A stretch of DNA of 64,000 nt from Eledone cirrhosa (lineage: Eukaryota): contig CAXHJY010000119.1 in the NCBI GenBank assembly GCA_964016885.1, positions 1 to 64,000 on the forward strand, written 5' to 3'. Made by a program: the position numbers and the translations under genes. This document shows positions 34,567 through 47,906 of the stretch, piece after piece. Every line of letters starts with the position of its first letter. Position 1 is the first letter of the stretch. The notes under the pieces are model-generated. The model was not told the origin of the DNA. It searched no databases and worked only from the letters and a program-made list of their open reading frames with translations.

Positions 34567-35687
34567 CAGGGTGTTCGGGATAAATTTGACAGTTTCATCA
34601 GGAAAAAGAAAAACTGCTTGGTAATCTACAAAATTTATTTGATTTAAAAGAAATTCAATGGACAAGGAAATTACACTATTATCAAAGAGTTTTACTCAAA
34701 ATAACCGCCATTAGCGTCTATTACAGCCTCAATCCGGGCCCAGAACCTGGAGCAAGCTGATTTTACACTTTCCCTGGGAAGGCCCTCAAAAACTACTTTA
34801 ATTCTGTCGATTAACTGGGCTTACGTAGTACTGGCACGGCGATTGGTGTCTTTCTCTACAGCGCCCCATACATAATAGTCCACGTAGGCATCTGAATTCA
34901 ACATGAGACCCTGTTTGAAAAAATGCGGAGGCATCACATCACCCTCGGAGGACACACATCCCAAAACCATGACAGTTTGGGAAAATTTAGTCTGCATGAC
35001 TCGAGGAGTGTCCTTTGGATTGTATGCAGGTCATCTGTTATTCTGCGTGTTGTGTTTTTGATCTTGGCACAAGTTTTTCTCATCGGAAAAGAACCAGATT
35101 GTTTGTGCTTCAGTAGGATGTTTCACTTTGCTCAGAAGTTTCTTCGCCTTTGTCAGACGATTTTCGCGGGCCTTTTCTGTGAGAAGTTGACCTCTGCGAC
35201 GCTTGTATGAGTAGTAGCGAAGGTCTTCATTGAGTGCAATTTTCATAGTAGAGGCTGAAACATTCAATTCACGCGACAAAGACCGAATTCCGATGCCAGG
35301 GTCCTCCAACACTTTTTTCTGCAGATTTTCGATGAATTCTGCTGTGCGAGAGCAATCAGATCTTCTGTTATGTTTCTTTCTTCTAGCCACAGCCTCGCAG
35401 TCTCCATTGCAATTCTCCAGTTCGTGCCGGATTGTTTTTACAGTGTTCAGGGAGCATTGAGCAGCGACCATAATCTCCTTATTTTGATGGCCGGCGCGAA
35501 TCATCATGATACAAGTTATTCTCTTCCATGATTCAGGTGGCTCCCAGTCATCCATTCTCGTTGTCATCACATATATGAATGAAGGAGGGTTTAAACTTTC
35601 AAATAAAGCCTAGTGGGCATGAATGAATTTAAAACATCTGAAAAAACAACCAAATATTATTCTGTCAAATTTATCCCGAACACCCTG
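34567..35687 (-). mobile_element. Tc1/mariner DNA transposon (maT/DD37D-like), internally deleted
   Basis: Perfect 26-bp TIRs cagggtgttcgggataaatttgacag, TA flanks; transposase with IWFFSDEKN, VMVLGCVS, DYYVWG and [19 protein letters not shown]. Confidence 0.9.
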
Positions 35688-35698
35688 TATATATATAA

Positions 35699-35729
<31 letters not shown>

Positions 35730-35779
35730 TATATATATATGTATGTATGTATGTATATATATATATGTATATATATATG

Positions 35780-35829
<50 letters not shown>

Positions 35830-35970
35830 AAAGTTATATCTGTATAAAAACAGAGAGCGTGTAACAGAGACTGCACCAACGTGTATATATACATACATAT
35901 ATCCCATATGTAGCCGTGTAAATATGCCGGAAAATACGAATTTCCCTAGAAATTGAAAAATTGATAAATA

Positions 35971-36013
35971 TCTTTAATCGATTTTTGGTTCTTATTGGAC
36001 CTTCATCAGAAGA
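35971..36013 (-). ncRNA. Decayed hammerhead motif (GAAA mutated to AAAA)
   Basis: - strand: tctt-CTGATGA-aggtc caataa gaacc-AAAA-atcgat-TA-aaga. Confidence 0.5.
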
Positions 36014-37159
36014 CGTACATACCCATTCAACCACAAAGAAACATGTATTTGATGGATATGTAAACCTATATGCTATTAACATTATTCTGAAATTGATAAA
36101 CCAATTTGCATATAATTACCCCTCGTTTGGTAATTAATTAGGAAGAAGTACTTTGTGATAAAGTTAAACCTATATAAATACACAATGTGTAATCGAGACG
36201 GCATCACCCTGTATAAAATCTAATATGTTGAAATTGGAAATTGTGTGGTTGCGACATTCAAGCTTTTCCCATTGGTATTAGCTATGCAAATGAAGCGGGT
36301 TAAACAAAGAAGCATCCCCCTCCTACCTCAGAAATTGGGATTTTACTTTTACAGCTAAAGTGAAATATGAGGTTGTGACATATTTGCATTTGCCATGTAA
36401 AAATCGAAGCAAAATCGTTTCGACTATGTAAATGTAACCTTGTTGCTTACTTTCTTTTGTTTCACAGCGCTGATCAGCTGATTGTTTCTAATATAAGTAA
36501 GAAGCAAAAGTTACTGTGGATGGTGATGATTGTGTCTTTTGTGTCTCTCTTCAACTTATGTCATGATGAAGTTAACAAGAAATGTCTCTGTTTATCCTAG
36601 CTCCATAGTTATATTTAGTGACGCAAGTGGTAGAATATAATAGCGGGGAGGGTACAGAATCGGTAGATTGTCGTACGAAATATCTTGTGGTGTTTGTTAC
36701 GTCCCTTTTACCTTCTGTGTTCAAATCTTGACTAGGTCTATTTTGCTTTTTATTCTTCAGAGGTCGATAACGTAGATACGAGAGTCGAACCCTGCTTTAT
36801 TGAGAAAACCCTGAGCATGCAGAGCCAGGGTATAGTTTGAGGGAGATTTCACTCCTATTTCCAGCGGTTTGAGCGAGTACATTACTGGTACTTTTTTTTA
36901 TATTGCATGGGGTGAGGTGATGATTGTAGACGCCCTTATATTAGATTTGGAATTCTTTTTTTTTAAATCACAATGAGAGGGCCAGATGCGGTGGTCTTGA
37001 TGGTCGTTTAATATTTGAACATGTGAAATTTCGTTGTTGTTTTTTTTTTTACATCCAACAACTATTTAAAAAAAGTAGAATACATTTTAATTATCTCTAA
37101 ATTTGGCCAAGGCAACTTTGCTGCTATCGAATTTCAACTGTGTACACACACACAAATAA

Positions 37160-37237
37160 CAATCTTTATAATGGATAATGTGTATGTACACACACATGTA
37201 TGCATGTGTACATACACATTATCCATTATAAAGATTG
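37160..37237. repeat. Short hairpin with about 33-bp arms
   Basis: caatctttataatggataatgtgtatgtacaca ... tgtgtacatacacattatccattataaagattg. Confidence 0.85.
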
Positions 37238-38679
37238 CTATTTTCAAATACAATTTTTTTTTTAATAAAACAAAATTTCCTTTTTTCGGTTATGAAATAT
37301 CTAATAGTTTAATATTTCGATTCTAAAAAATTAAACCATATTGAGTACGTGTGTGTTTGTGTGTATATGTGTATGTATGTAAATATATATCCGTACGTTT
37401 ATGTATGTGTACATACGTACGTACGTGCGTGTGCCTGTGTGTGTGTATGTGTCGATTAGTACCTCCTATCTTGCTGTTTATCTATAACATTGATTAGAGG
37501 TAAGTAAATAACCACTTATATATCCTGTCCATTATCCCAAGTACTCTCTCATATGTGATCTACGTTAGTTAATCTAAAAACAACTGTTGGTTCATCAACA
37601 TTTACTCGTTTATAGATGGGAAAAATATAAACAATAAATAGTATATACTAGTCATGATACACACACACACATTATTACTTTTCTCTCCTTATTCAACGAT
37701 TGAAAACCATTTTCTTTTTATTCTCTATTTAATTTCCTTTTTTTTTTTTTCTTTTTTTTTTTTTGGCCTACGTTAAAAATCTTTGATGCGGATATAATGC
37801 CAAGGAGCACGTCATTTCTTCGACACCGGTATTCCTCATTTCGAGCGAATCAAAACACAATACTAAATCGTCCCTCCCTCCCTCTTTCTCTCTCGTTAAC
37901 AGCTCGCGTTTCCTAGTACTGAAGCCTCCCTCGATTTATTGATAACTGTATCTCAACTTCGATCTCGGGTGTTTCCCTCTAAATTTTCACCTTTCTTCTT
38001 GCTTTTTTCTTGTTTACAACCATCACCATTTCGTTTAGTTCAGTGTCATTATTAAATGTTTGCTAAAGAAAAAAATAATTTCCGACGAACTGTGTTCAGA
38101 AGAAGTGTTCTTAAATGTTCCATATCACGCGTCTCCGGGACGGATGTAATAGTAAAAAATATAATTAAGAGTAGTTAATTTGAAAGTGAAATTGATATTT
38201 TCCCTACCATTTTTGTAATATTTTGAAGGAATAAGGCCTTCAAAACTGCCGTAAATCACTCGTTTTCTGTGGTTCCCCCCTCCAAAGAACTCTGTAACAC
38301 TCGTACCATTACCTTTTTAATTAATAGTACATTTTAAATTTCTGGCTAAAGAAAAAAGTAACTTTCGACGATCACTGTTCGTAACCAGGTTTCGATATAG
38401 GAAGCTGCATGCACATCACACATTCTCTCTTACTGGTATTTTCTTTAAAAATGTTCTTTTCTATGGGATTCTTCTACTTCTAAAAGAAATTATTAAATCG
38501 GCCGCTAATCAATTCCTGCGAAGATGAACCGCGGTGATTACAAGGTTACACATACATACATACATATATATTGTGCGTGTGTGTGTTTTGCAGCTATACT
38601 ATCAAATGCATTTGCAATTTCAACAGATATCATCTATATACGATACTGCTCTTCAGGTAATGCGCTTAATCTGACAAGA

Positions 38680-39815
38680 ATGAACTTCCAATCTTTACCT
38701 CTCTGGTACGTGATATTTTATACGCGGACGACTGTGACTTACTACTTTACACTGAGCAAGTCTTACAAAACCTAATTAGTGAGTTTGATTCTATATGTGA
38801 CGCTTCACAATTAATTTGGAGAAAAAAAAAACGAAACTGTTGTAATGCATCCACCTGCTCTTGGGGAACAAATCAACACACCTCGGATACTGGTTAGGGG
38901 TACAGTGCTTAAACTTGTGACTTCTTTTGAATACCTGGGTAGCCTGGAACGTGTTTTTGGAAACTTAAATACAGAAGCATTCAAAAGGCAACAAAAGCCT
39001 TCGGCAGCCTAGAATCTAAGGTTTGGTTACAGCGCCATATCAAAGCTGACATTAAGTCATTGGTATATGTCTCATTTGTTATTTCTGTACTGCTGTATTC
39101 TTCTGAAACGTGAACAATATACACGCGTCATATTGGAAAGATTTCACCAGAAATACCTCCGCCACATACTCGGAATAAGCTGGTCCTCACTGTTTCCTGA
39201 CACTGAGATTCTCGCTGAAGTTAGGATCACATCAATCCAAGTCGTGCTTATTAGGAATCAACTACGATGGACAGACCACCTCCTTATGGGTGATGGGCAT
39301 ATTCTCAAGCAAATGTTTTATGATAGGAAAGAGAAAAAATAGTCAGCCAAAGAAAAGATACAAAAACTCTTTAAAAATCAAATTTGAAATGTCTTAAATT
39401 ATGTTACAAAAGTCTTGAATCACTTGCGGCAGATAGGGAAGCATGGCGAGCTACGATTTGGAGCTTTGTTAAAGATTTTGAGCTTGACAAAGTTAAGCAT
39501 GCTGCAACGAAAAGAAAGTTGTTAAAATTGTGATTAATAGCAACAGTGTTGGGAGTGATTCTCATTCTTCCTTTACATGTTCCTTATGCACGAAGTTTCA
39601 ATGCCATGTTTGTCAAAAAACCTGCAAGTAACGTAGAGAATTGAAGCGGCTCTTGAACATTCATAATAATCAATGCTGGAATGAGACTTTGCTGCAGTAT
39701 TTGGAGTCAGCACTTGAAACGCCTTTCAGGACTCAAAAGTCATCTAAGATCTCACGCTAGGAAAAAGCAATTACAATTACAAGAAGTCAAGCTCTGCAAG
39801 GAGCAGACAACCACT
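38680..39815 (+). mobile_element. Old RTE/BovB-like LINE RT fragment, heavily decayed
   Basis: DILYADDCDL, FEYLGS, LERFHQKYLRHILGISW, NQLRW. Confidence 0.75.
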
Positions 39816-39921
39816 ATATCATCATCGTCCTTTAACGTCCATTTTCCACGCTAGCATGAGGTAGACGGGCTGTATCGTTAGAGACGAGTTGGGTCAGGTG
39901 ACCGTGTCTTGCTCATATAGA

Positions 39922-39977
<56 letters not shown>

Positions 39978-41151
39978 AACGAGGTGCACACAGGACAAAG
40001 ACAATGGGGAAAAAAATCAACATTAAGACGGACAGTCCTATCTCCTCAGTCAACCTGAGAATCTACGGTTTCGGGCTTTAATGTCAACACCGTTCATTCC
40101 TGTGCACATTGGGACATAACAAAATAGGTAGAGCCAAGTTATGCCTTTAGATAAATGACACACATATAGAGTCTCGAGGAGAGAAATAGTAAAACAGAAG
40201 AGAATAAGGACTGTTGTCCAACGAGCAGACAAGGAAGGACACTGAGGCGTAGAAAAGTTAAGACGGAAGGATAGGGGGAAAACAGGCTGGGCGGTGTGAT
40301 GTCTATTATATGGTAGTTAAAAAAACCCCGCAAGTCTTTAGAATATAAATTCAAAATGAGGAGCGCACAAGACAAAGAAAGACAATGGAGAAAAAAACGG
40401 AAAGACGAACAGTCCCATCTCCTCTGGGAATCCCTACGGTTTATGTTTAATATAGAAATGGCTTCTACAGAACTAGAACTGTTTCATTCAAAAGAAATCA
40501 CCAGAAAAGTCGATATATATCTTGTCTCGTTTAGTCAATCAATGACCGGTTGTTGAACATTTGAGATACTCATGGAGGATCGCGGCCGAGGATAAAAGAA
40601 CCGCCCTAACCGCTACCTTTACTTCCGCCGACGGCCACCTCAGTTCACAAGTCCTGCCACCACTCCTCACAAAAAATCACAGCCACCTTCATCATTGAAA
40701 AAGGGATTTCCCTTGTCTATATAGCTTTACTACGACTGATTAAAAGAAAATAATTTTACTACACTGTTGATTTATTTTCTTTTTTCTCAATTGGAAAATA
40801 TTTTTTCAATATAATTTCGTTTTATTTTACACAATAGTCACAAACATGCGGAGCATATTGCTCGTGTTCATACATAAGCTAATTCGTATGCACACGCAGA
40901 GAAAGATGTGTATGTTATATATATATATACACATATACACACACAATCCTAATATGTTTATATAAACATATGTATTAAAATAAAAAAATTGAAATTGTGA
41001 AAATAATAAATGAACTACATCAATAAATTTACATTTTCTTTTTAGTTAAAAAAAAGAACGACAAATAAAACGTAAACGTTGTGTTGACGGGAACATACGA
41101 GAGTAAACGGCTAAGAATGAGAGAAAGTGAGACTAAAAGAATGAGAAAGAA

Positions 41152-41361
41152 TAATTGTTTCTACATTTAGCATAAGGCCAGCAATTTGGACGGAAGGGAT
41201 AAGTCGATTAAATGTACACCAGTGCGTTACTGGTGCTTTATTATATTGACCCCATAAGGATTAAAGGCAAAGCTGACCTCCACGGGCTTTGAACTCAGAA
41301 CCTAAAAACTCGTAACTATATACCGCAAAGCGTTTTGTCCGACGCCCTACCAATACTGCCA
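41152..41361 (-). mobile_element. tRNA-derived Nin/Deu-like SINE
   Basis: Homologous to 27716-27896 (aaggccagcaattt...aaaggcaaagctgacctc...tttgaactcag). Confidence 0.75.
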
Positions 41362-42445
41362 AACAAGGGAAAAATCCCGAAAGAATGAGGGAATAGTAAT
41401 AATAATTTCTAATTTAGGTAAAAGGCCAGCAATTTGTGGGAGGGGAAAGTCGAATTTACTGATCAAAAGTGGTAATTTTAATAATAATAATAATTGTTTC
41501 TACTATTGGCACAAGGCCAGCATAATTCAGTACATTACTGGTACTTTATTTTCCCGTTAATAATGAGAGAGAAAGAGAGATCCCGAAAGAATGAGAGAAA
41601 ATGCTACTAAAAGAATGGGGGAATAATAATAATAACCCAGAAAGAAATCCCGAAAAAATGAGAGAAAAATGCAGAAACGAGAGAAGGAAATAGAATAGAC
41701 AGAAAGAATTAGAGAGAGGACCCTATCTCAAAATATGAGTGGTGAATAAAATTAAAAAATACATAAGGAATGATTTTAAAGAGAGAGAGAGGATAGAGAA
41801 AGGCTGCTAAATATTTGTCGCCGTTGGCCGTGACCGGCCGTGAAAAGCGAACATTTTCTGTATCGAACGACGCCAGGTTGAGGGGAAAAAAAATTCTCGT
41901 CAGTTGAGATTGTGACGTCATAAGAGCATGGAAGTAAAAGAAAGTTTTAGTTGGATAGGGTCTCCCCTCGTTTCCTGCTTTTTCTGCCTTCTCTTGTCGT
42001 TTCCATCGTCGACCAGCAAACAACTCGAAGAATTGATCTTTTCGTCATTTAGTGTTAACTTTTTTTCTGTTATATATATATTTATATATTAGAAAGAGAG
42101 AGAGAGATAACCAAAAAGAGTCAATATTGCCAAACATTCAAGAAATCTCTGATCCTAATGTTATATGTTTGTGCGCGTGTGTATATATATATATTTGCGT
42201 GTAAACTTCACTTGGTTAAATACATTCCGTTGGAGTAGCTAAATACTGGTGTTCTCTCCACTCATCTGCCACCTCTTGTGGCTATAAAAGAAATATTATT
42301 AAAATTATGAAAATAAAACATATTAAATTATTTTTATTATTAAAATTATCTACACATCGATTCTGCTCCAACCAAAACACTTCATAATTTTTGTTTGATC
42401 TGTTTTTTTTTTTGGCTGTCCTCATATATATATATATACGCGCGC

Positions 42446-42510
<65 letters not shown>

Positions 42511-43303
42511 TAATGGGTGAAAAAGTCGGGAATGACAACTATAATAACGATAATAGGCAATAGGAGAATGTTTGTGTGTAGTGTATAATCGAAAGAAATG
42601 TGGCAGGTAAGAAGACATTTAGAGAGAGGGGAGGAAGCAGGCTGATAGAGAAAGTAACGGTGACACGCAATTAGTTTATACATACACACATACAACGGCT
42701 TTTGCTCATACACTCCGCGCGCACACGCACACACACACAACGGCTTTTGCACATACGCGTACACATGCACATCCACAAGCATATTCACATTGTAGCTCCA
42801 ACACATAGATATACACAGTCACACATATAGCGGCTTTTGCACTTATACATACGTTCACACTGTAGCTCCAATACACACATATATATACACACAGTCGCAC
42901 ATACATGCAGAGACATACAGCGGCATTTGCATATATATACACACTTCCACCCAGAGGCATATTCACACAGTAACTCCAACATACACACATATACACACAC
43001 TTATATAGAATGTACAAGAGTGGCAGTGGTGTTGGTGGGGAGCGCCATGTTGGTCCAGTTCGGGTGGAATTATTGCATCCCAAGAAGGTAGGTGTGTTTA
43101 TATGGTAGCTGCGACGGAAAAAATATTGTGAACAAAAGAAAAAAAAAAAACAAAAAAAAACACCAGATAAACAACCAAACCAGCAACTGTCACAACTATA
43201 TATTTCTATAAAATATATATTATTACTTTCATTTATTACTTAATTCTCTTATCTTCGTTATTTAATCTTCATATATATTTATTTATTATATATATGAAAG
43301 CTA

Positions 43304-43334
<31 letters not shown>

Positions 43335-44352
43335 TTTAAGATTAAAAAAAATATCTCTACATTCACTTCAAATCAGTTTCTATCTATATCTGTTTCACTC
43401 TCTGGATTTCTATTATTCAGTTCCATCTCCTCTCTCTTTCTCTGTTCTTTATCTCATATCTTCGTCATCATCCATAGTTTCTTCTCTTCCGTCTTACCTT
43501 TCCTTTTCATTCGTGTCGCCGACGTCACCGATGCGATCATTCTCAACATTTTTGCCCCTCCTCGATATCGTTTTAGTTTGCTACACCATCGCTCCCACCC
43601 CTCTTTTTTACCCTTGTTCCGCCGCGGCAATCATTCACAGCCATACAGCAGCAGCAACTACAACAACGACAGCAACAAACAACATGGCCAGACGTCTTTG
43701 ACCAAGGAAGGGAGTGACTGTTGATGGATAAAAGAGAGTGAAGAGCGAGGCAGCGAGCATGCCTGCTTGTGTTTCGCTTAAGTCTTCTTACCGGTTCGTC
43801 AAGCTTTAACATACACCACAGCCAAATAAAACAGTCGAAAAACACTAAACCCAACTGCACCTTTGCTTTCAATTTCTTGTCCCTCTCCACTGGGTGGGTA
43901 TACATACCGCTGATAAGTACCCGTTTTACACCCGACATTAACAACACCTACAAATTCACCGCCCACCGAAAATGTGTTAATTCATCAACTATTTTTTTAC
44001 CTACTCATTTTTACTAATCATGCGTCACTTTATCTATCTCATTCGCCTATTTACCTAGCCAACCAACCAGGCATCTGTCTATCTATTTCTCCATCTATCT
44101 ATCTAACAGTCTACTTATATATCCACCTACCCAATGTGTGTGTGTGTGTATATATATGCCTTATCTATTGCACGCGTATTAGTGACACATTGCCAAGCCG
44201 ATACCGTCATAATACCTATATGTGTCTGTGTAGCCGCATCAAACAGTAGAAATAATGTCTTCAAATATTTTCTAATGGGACCTTAATACGTTTTACCTGA
44301 AAATACCGGGTACACACACCTAACATTCATTCATTATTCTTTCCTTCACAAC

Positions 44353-44760
44353 GGCGGTGGATTGGCAGTATCAGTAGAGGGTCGGACGCCATGCTTTCCA
44401 GCATAGTTACGTCCCTTTACGATCTGAGTTCAAATCACGCCGAGGTTGACTTTGCCTTTCATCCTTACAGGGTCGATAAAATAAAGTACCAGTAATGCAC
44501 TGAAATAATTGCTGGCCTTGTGCCTAAAGTAGAAACAATTATTCTTTCCTTTCACAGGCGGTGGATTGGCAGTATCGGTAGACGGTCGGACGCCATGCTT
44601 TGCAGCATAGAGTTACGGCCCTTGCCATTCTGAGTTCAAATCCCGCCGAGGTTAACTTTGCCTTTCATCCTTATGGGGTCAATAAAATAAAGTACCAGTA
44701 ATGTACTGGGTAATTGCTGGTCTTGTGCCAAAAATAGAAACAATTATTCTTTCCTTTCAC
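44353..44760 (+). mobile_element. Two tandem tRNA-derived Nin/Deu-like SINE copies
   Basis: ggcggtggattggcagtatc...gagttcaaatc...ctttgcctttcatcct repeated at about 44353 and 44557. Confidence 0.85.
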
Positions 44761-44934
44761 AATATTAATCCACCAATCCATGCATTGGCATCTTGCTGAG
44801 CAAGACTTGATTCTGAAAATCCTTAGCAGCAATTAACTGTTATATTTCTGTCATTGATTGAGGTAGTATCGGTTATCTCCCACCTTTGTATATACCAACA
44901 TGTTTTTCTCTGTACCCATCCGTATATATATACA

Positions 44935-45010
44935 CAGGGTGTCCCCCCAGAATGTATACACACTTTGATCAGAATGCTGTTGAAGTGTGTATACATTTTT
45001 TGGGGACATC
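44935..45010. mobile_element. Tiny Tc1-type MITE/hairpin
   Basis: cagggtgtcccc..aatgtatacacactt ... aagtgtgtatacatt..ggggacatc, imperfect inverted ends. Confidence 0.55.
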
Positions 45011-45149
45011 ATATATATATATAGAGAGAGAGAGATGGGAGAGTAAACAAGAGAGGATACCGGGATACTTTTAGAGGGTCATGTTGCCAATAAAAATACA
45101 AGCACCAGTTTCGTTTTACTTCAGTTTTATTATTAGTTAGGTAACTATA

Positions 45150-45370
45150 GGGTGGTGAATTGGCACTATCAGTAGAGGGTCGGATACCATGCTTTGCAGC
45201 ATAGAGTTATGGTTCTTTATGATCCGAGTTCAAATCCCGCCAAGGTTAACTTTACCTTTCATCCTTATGGGGTCAATAAAATAAAGTACCAGTCACACAC
45301 TGGGGTCGATTTAATTGACTTTCCCTTCCCCCAAAATTGCTGGCCTTGTGCCTATGTAAGAAACCATTAT
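45150..45370 (+). mobile_element. tRNA-derived Nin/Deu-like SINE
   Basis: Same family as 44353 (gagttcaaatcccg, cctttcatccttatggggtc). Confidence 0.8.
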
Positions 45371-45507
45371 TAGTTAGGTAATCAATTCCTTAGTTAGTTT
45401 AGAAACTGGATGGTTGTTTAGTTATTATATTACCACACAAGTCTGATATAATGGGTTTTATTCAACCAAATGTCTTCAGATGTTATGTGTATATATGTAT
45501 AAAGACT

Positions 45508-45800
45508 GGAGGCAGCATGGCCAAATTTTTGGAAGTTTGCTTCACAATCATTAGGTCTCAGGTTTGATCCCCTTTGTGTAGCATCTTGAGCAAGTATTGT
45601 TTACCATTGCTTTGGGTCAACCTTTGCCTTGTGATTGAAATCGGGTAGATGTAAACTGTTTGGAAACCTGTTGAATGAACTGTACCTGTAATTCAAAGGG
45701 CCAGTCATGTCACACTGAATCTCCCTAAGAATTATATTGACTGCGTGTGTCTGCAGAATGCTCAATCACTTGGGCATTAATTTCATGAGCAGGCTGTTCC
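45508..45800 (+). mobile_element. Decayed tRNA/CORE-like SINE
   Basis: ggaggcagcatggcc...caggtttgatccc...tcttgagcaag. Confidence 0.55.
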
Positions 45801-46110
45801 AGGTAGAGCTATTACTTCTCAGAATTGAGAGAGCACAGCTCTGATACTATGGATATGTGGTTAGAATGTCTCAGGAAAGAATCGCTGGACAGATTTTACG
45901 GGTAAAACCAACCAGCAGGAGACCAAAGGGCAGACCCGAGCAAGATGGTTGGATAACATCCATGAGCTTGGCTGGTCTCACTTGGGGATCCAGCGGGATC
46001 AATTGGAGATGGTTGCTTCTGACAGGACCTGCTGGAAGGAGTGTTTGAGGACTCTGGCCCCAGGACTCTCTCAGGAATAAGTGGGCGAAGAAGTCTGTTC
46101 CATTGAGTGA
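45800..46110 (+). mobile_element. RTE-like LINE, 3' fragment
   Basis: LLLRIERAQL*YYGYVVRMSQERIAGQIL...RRPKGRP. Confidence 0.7.
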
Positions 46111-46189
46111 ACAACAGAAACACATCGCTGAAACTGATGGAGGTTCATTCTTGTATAAAAGTCTAAAATCTAGAGGCTCATTAGGCAGT

Positions 46190-46365
46190 ACTTATTTCTG
46201 TTTCCATCAATTACTGCTGCTACTCATTTTCAGCTGAGTATACTAGAGCAATGTGATATGAAGTGTTTTGCTCAAGAAAACAACACACAACTTGGTCTAG
46301 GAATCAACCCTATGACATTACGATCATAAGTCCCAAACTCTAACCACTAGTCTACATGTCTTCAC
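46190..46365 (-). mobile_element. Decayed tRNA/CORE-like SINE
   Basis: Homologous to 20897-21017 (ttgctcaaga..aggaatcaa..ctaaccact). Confidence 0.6.
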
Positions 46366-46609
46366 TTTGAATGAGCTTATGCTTAATTCTTGTATAAAAA
46401 GCCAGATACAAATTGTAAGGCTAGATCAGAGGTGGGCCTGTTCACATGGGCCTGCTCTTTTGAATGGATGGGATGCACCTCATCTTCTAATTCTTTTTTT
46501 CCTGTTTTTGTAGTACTCATCATGTACATGTATATACCTATGACTTATACAGAAATCATATGTATTTAACACTGAGTATCAAAATACTTAATGAACAGTT
46601 TAGAATAAT

Positions 46610-46875
46610 GCCTACATTTCACACATCCTGGAACGACTACCAGCTTTGGTGGGCCTACATTTTACAGCCTACTTTGGCTTATTACCAGCTTTGGACGGCG
46701 TGCATATTACTAGCGTTGGACGGGCCTGCATTTTACATCCAGCTTGCGCATATTACTTGCTTTGGATGGGCCTACATCTTACACCCAGCTTGGGCCATTA
46801 CTGTGGATGGGCCTATTTCTTGCTTTGGATAGGTCTACATTTCACATCCAGTTTGGGCCAAATACCAGCTTGGGG
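46610..46875. repeat. Degenerate minisatellite, about 40-bp unit
   Basis: Recurring gggcctacattttacatccagcttgg..attac..ctttgga. Confidence 0.7.
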
Positions 46876-47906
46876 GTGGTAGTGGGCCAATCATCAACTT
46901 TAGTTGGGTCTATTACAAGCTTTTTACAAGCCAGCAAATAGTTGAAACATTGGAATATATATTGTGCCACACAGAACAAAATCTTGGAGGGAGATGAAGA
47001 GTGAAAGCGAAAGAGAGAACTGTTTTATCCTTAGGGGACATTAAATTTATTCCATTGTTCTAGTGGCATCAGAGTCTATTGTTTTCTTCTTCCTCTCAGA
47101 TCTGCAACTCTTAATTGAGTCGTGGGGGCTTTGTAGTGACATACAGCGTTCTTGGGCATTTTTCAAACTTGATGGAGCCCATCTCTTCTCCAGGTATGAA
47201 CACTGCTGATTTCTTCCAGAGAAGGAGAGAGAGTGATAGATAGGCAGTGAGAAAGATGTATAGAGGAGGAATCGAACCAGTACCGGACTGGTACATTTCT
47301 TGCCAACCCCAAAAGTATGACAAGTAATGTTGACCTTGGCCGGATTTGAAATCAAAGTGAAGATAGCTGGAATGAATACTGCAAAGCATTTCATTTGTCA
47401 TTCTAACAGCTCTGACACTTCACTGCCATCTATTGTTTTACTGGGCCTTAATTCAGCAGATCTGTTTATGATTAAAGACTTTCAATCTTTTTTCACTTTT
47501 CAGACATAGTGCTACACCCCTTATTATATTGTTTTGATTTTCTTATGAATACAGCATAGGATGCCAATATGAGCAACAGTAGCATCATCTCAGACGTGGG
47601 AACAGTTGCCTACATTGTCGTACTCAACTGAGTTCTCTAGATGGTCATTAGCTGGTAGGAGTTAAACAATTTTCTGACCTTGAAGAGAAGAGATATTTGT
47701 GGGATGCAATATTAACTATTTTGAGAATGTGTGTTCTCCATTAGAGATTGTCAATGAAATTTAATGTATATTTTATATATGTAACCCATACAAGTATGGA
47801 AAATGGATGTAAAAACAATGTTGTTGATGATTATATATATATATATATATATATACCCATGCTAGCGGGAAAATGGACATTAAACGTTCTTAATAATGAT
47901 ATATAT

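Noticed and set aside
40055-40140. Hammerhead candidate (gcccgaaaccgta on the - strand)
   Set aside because: No matching CUGANGA core found upstream
44353-45370. tRNA genes
   Set aside because: The A/B boxes belong to SINE heads followed by a shared non-tRNA body, and no full cloverleaf forms
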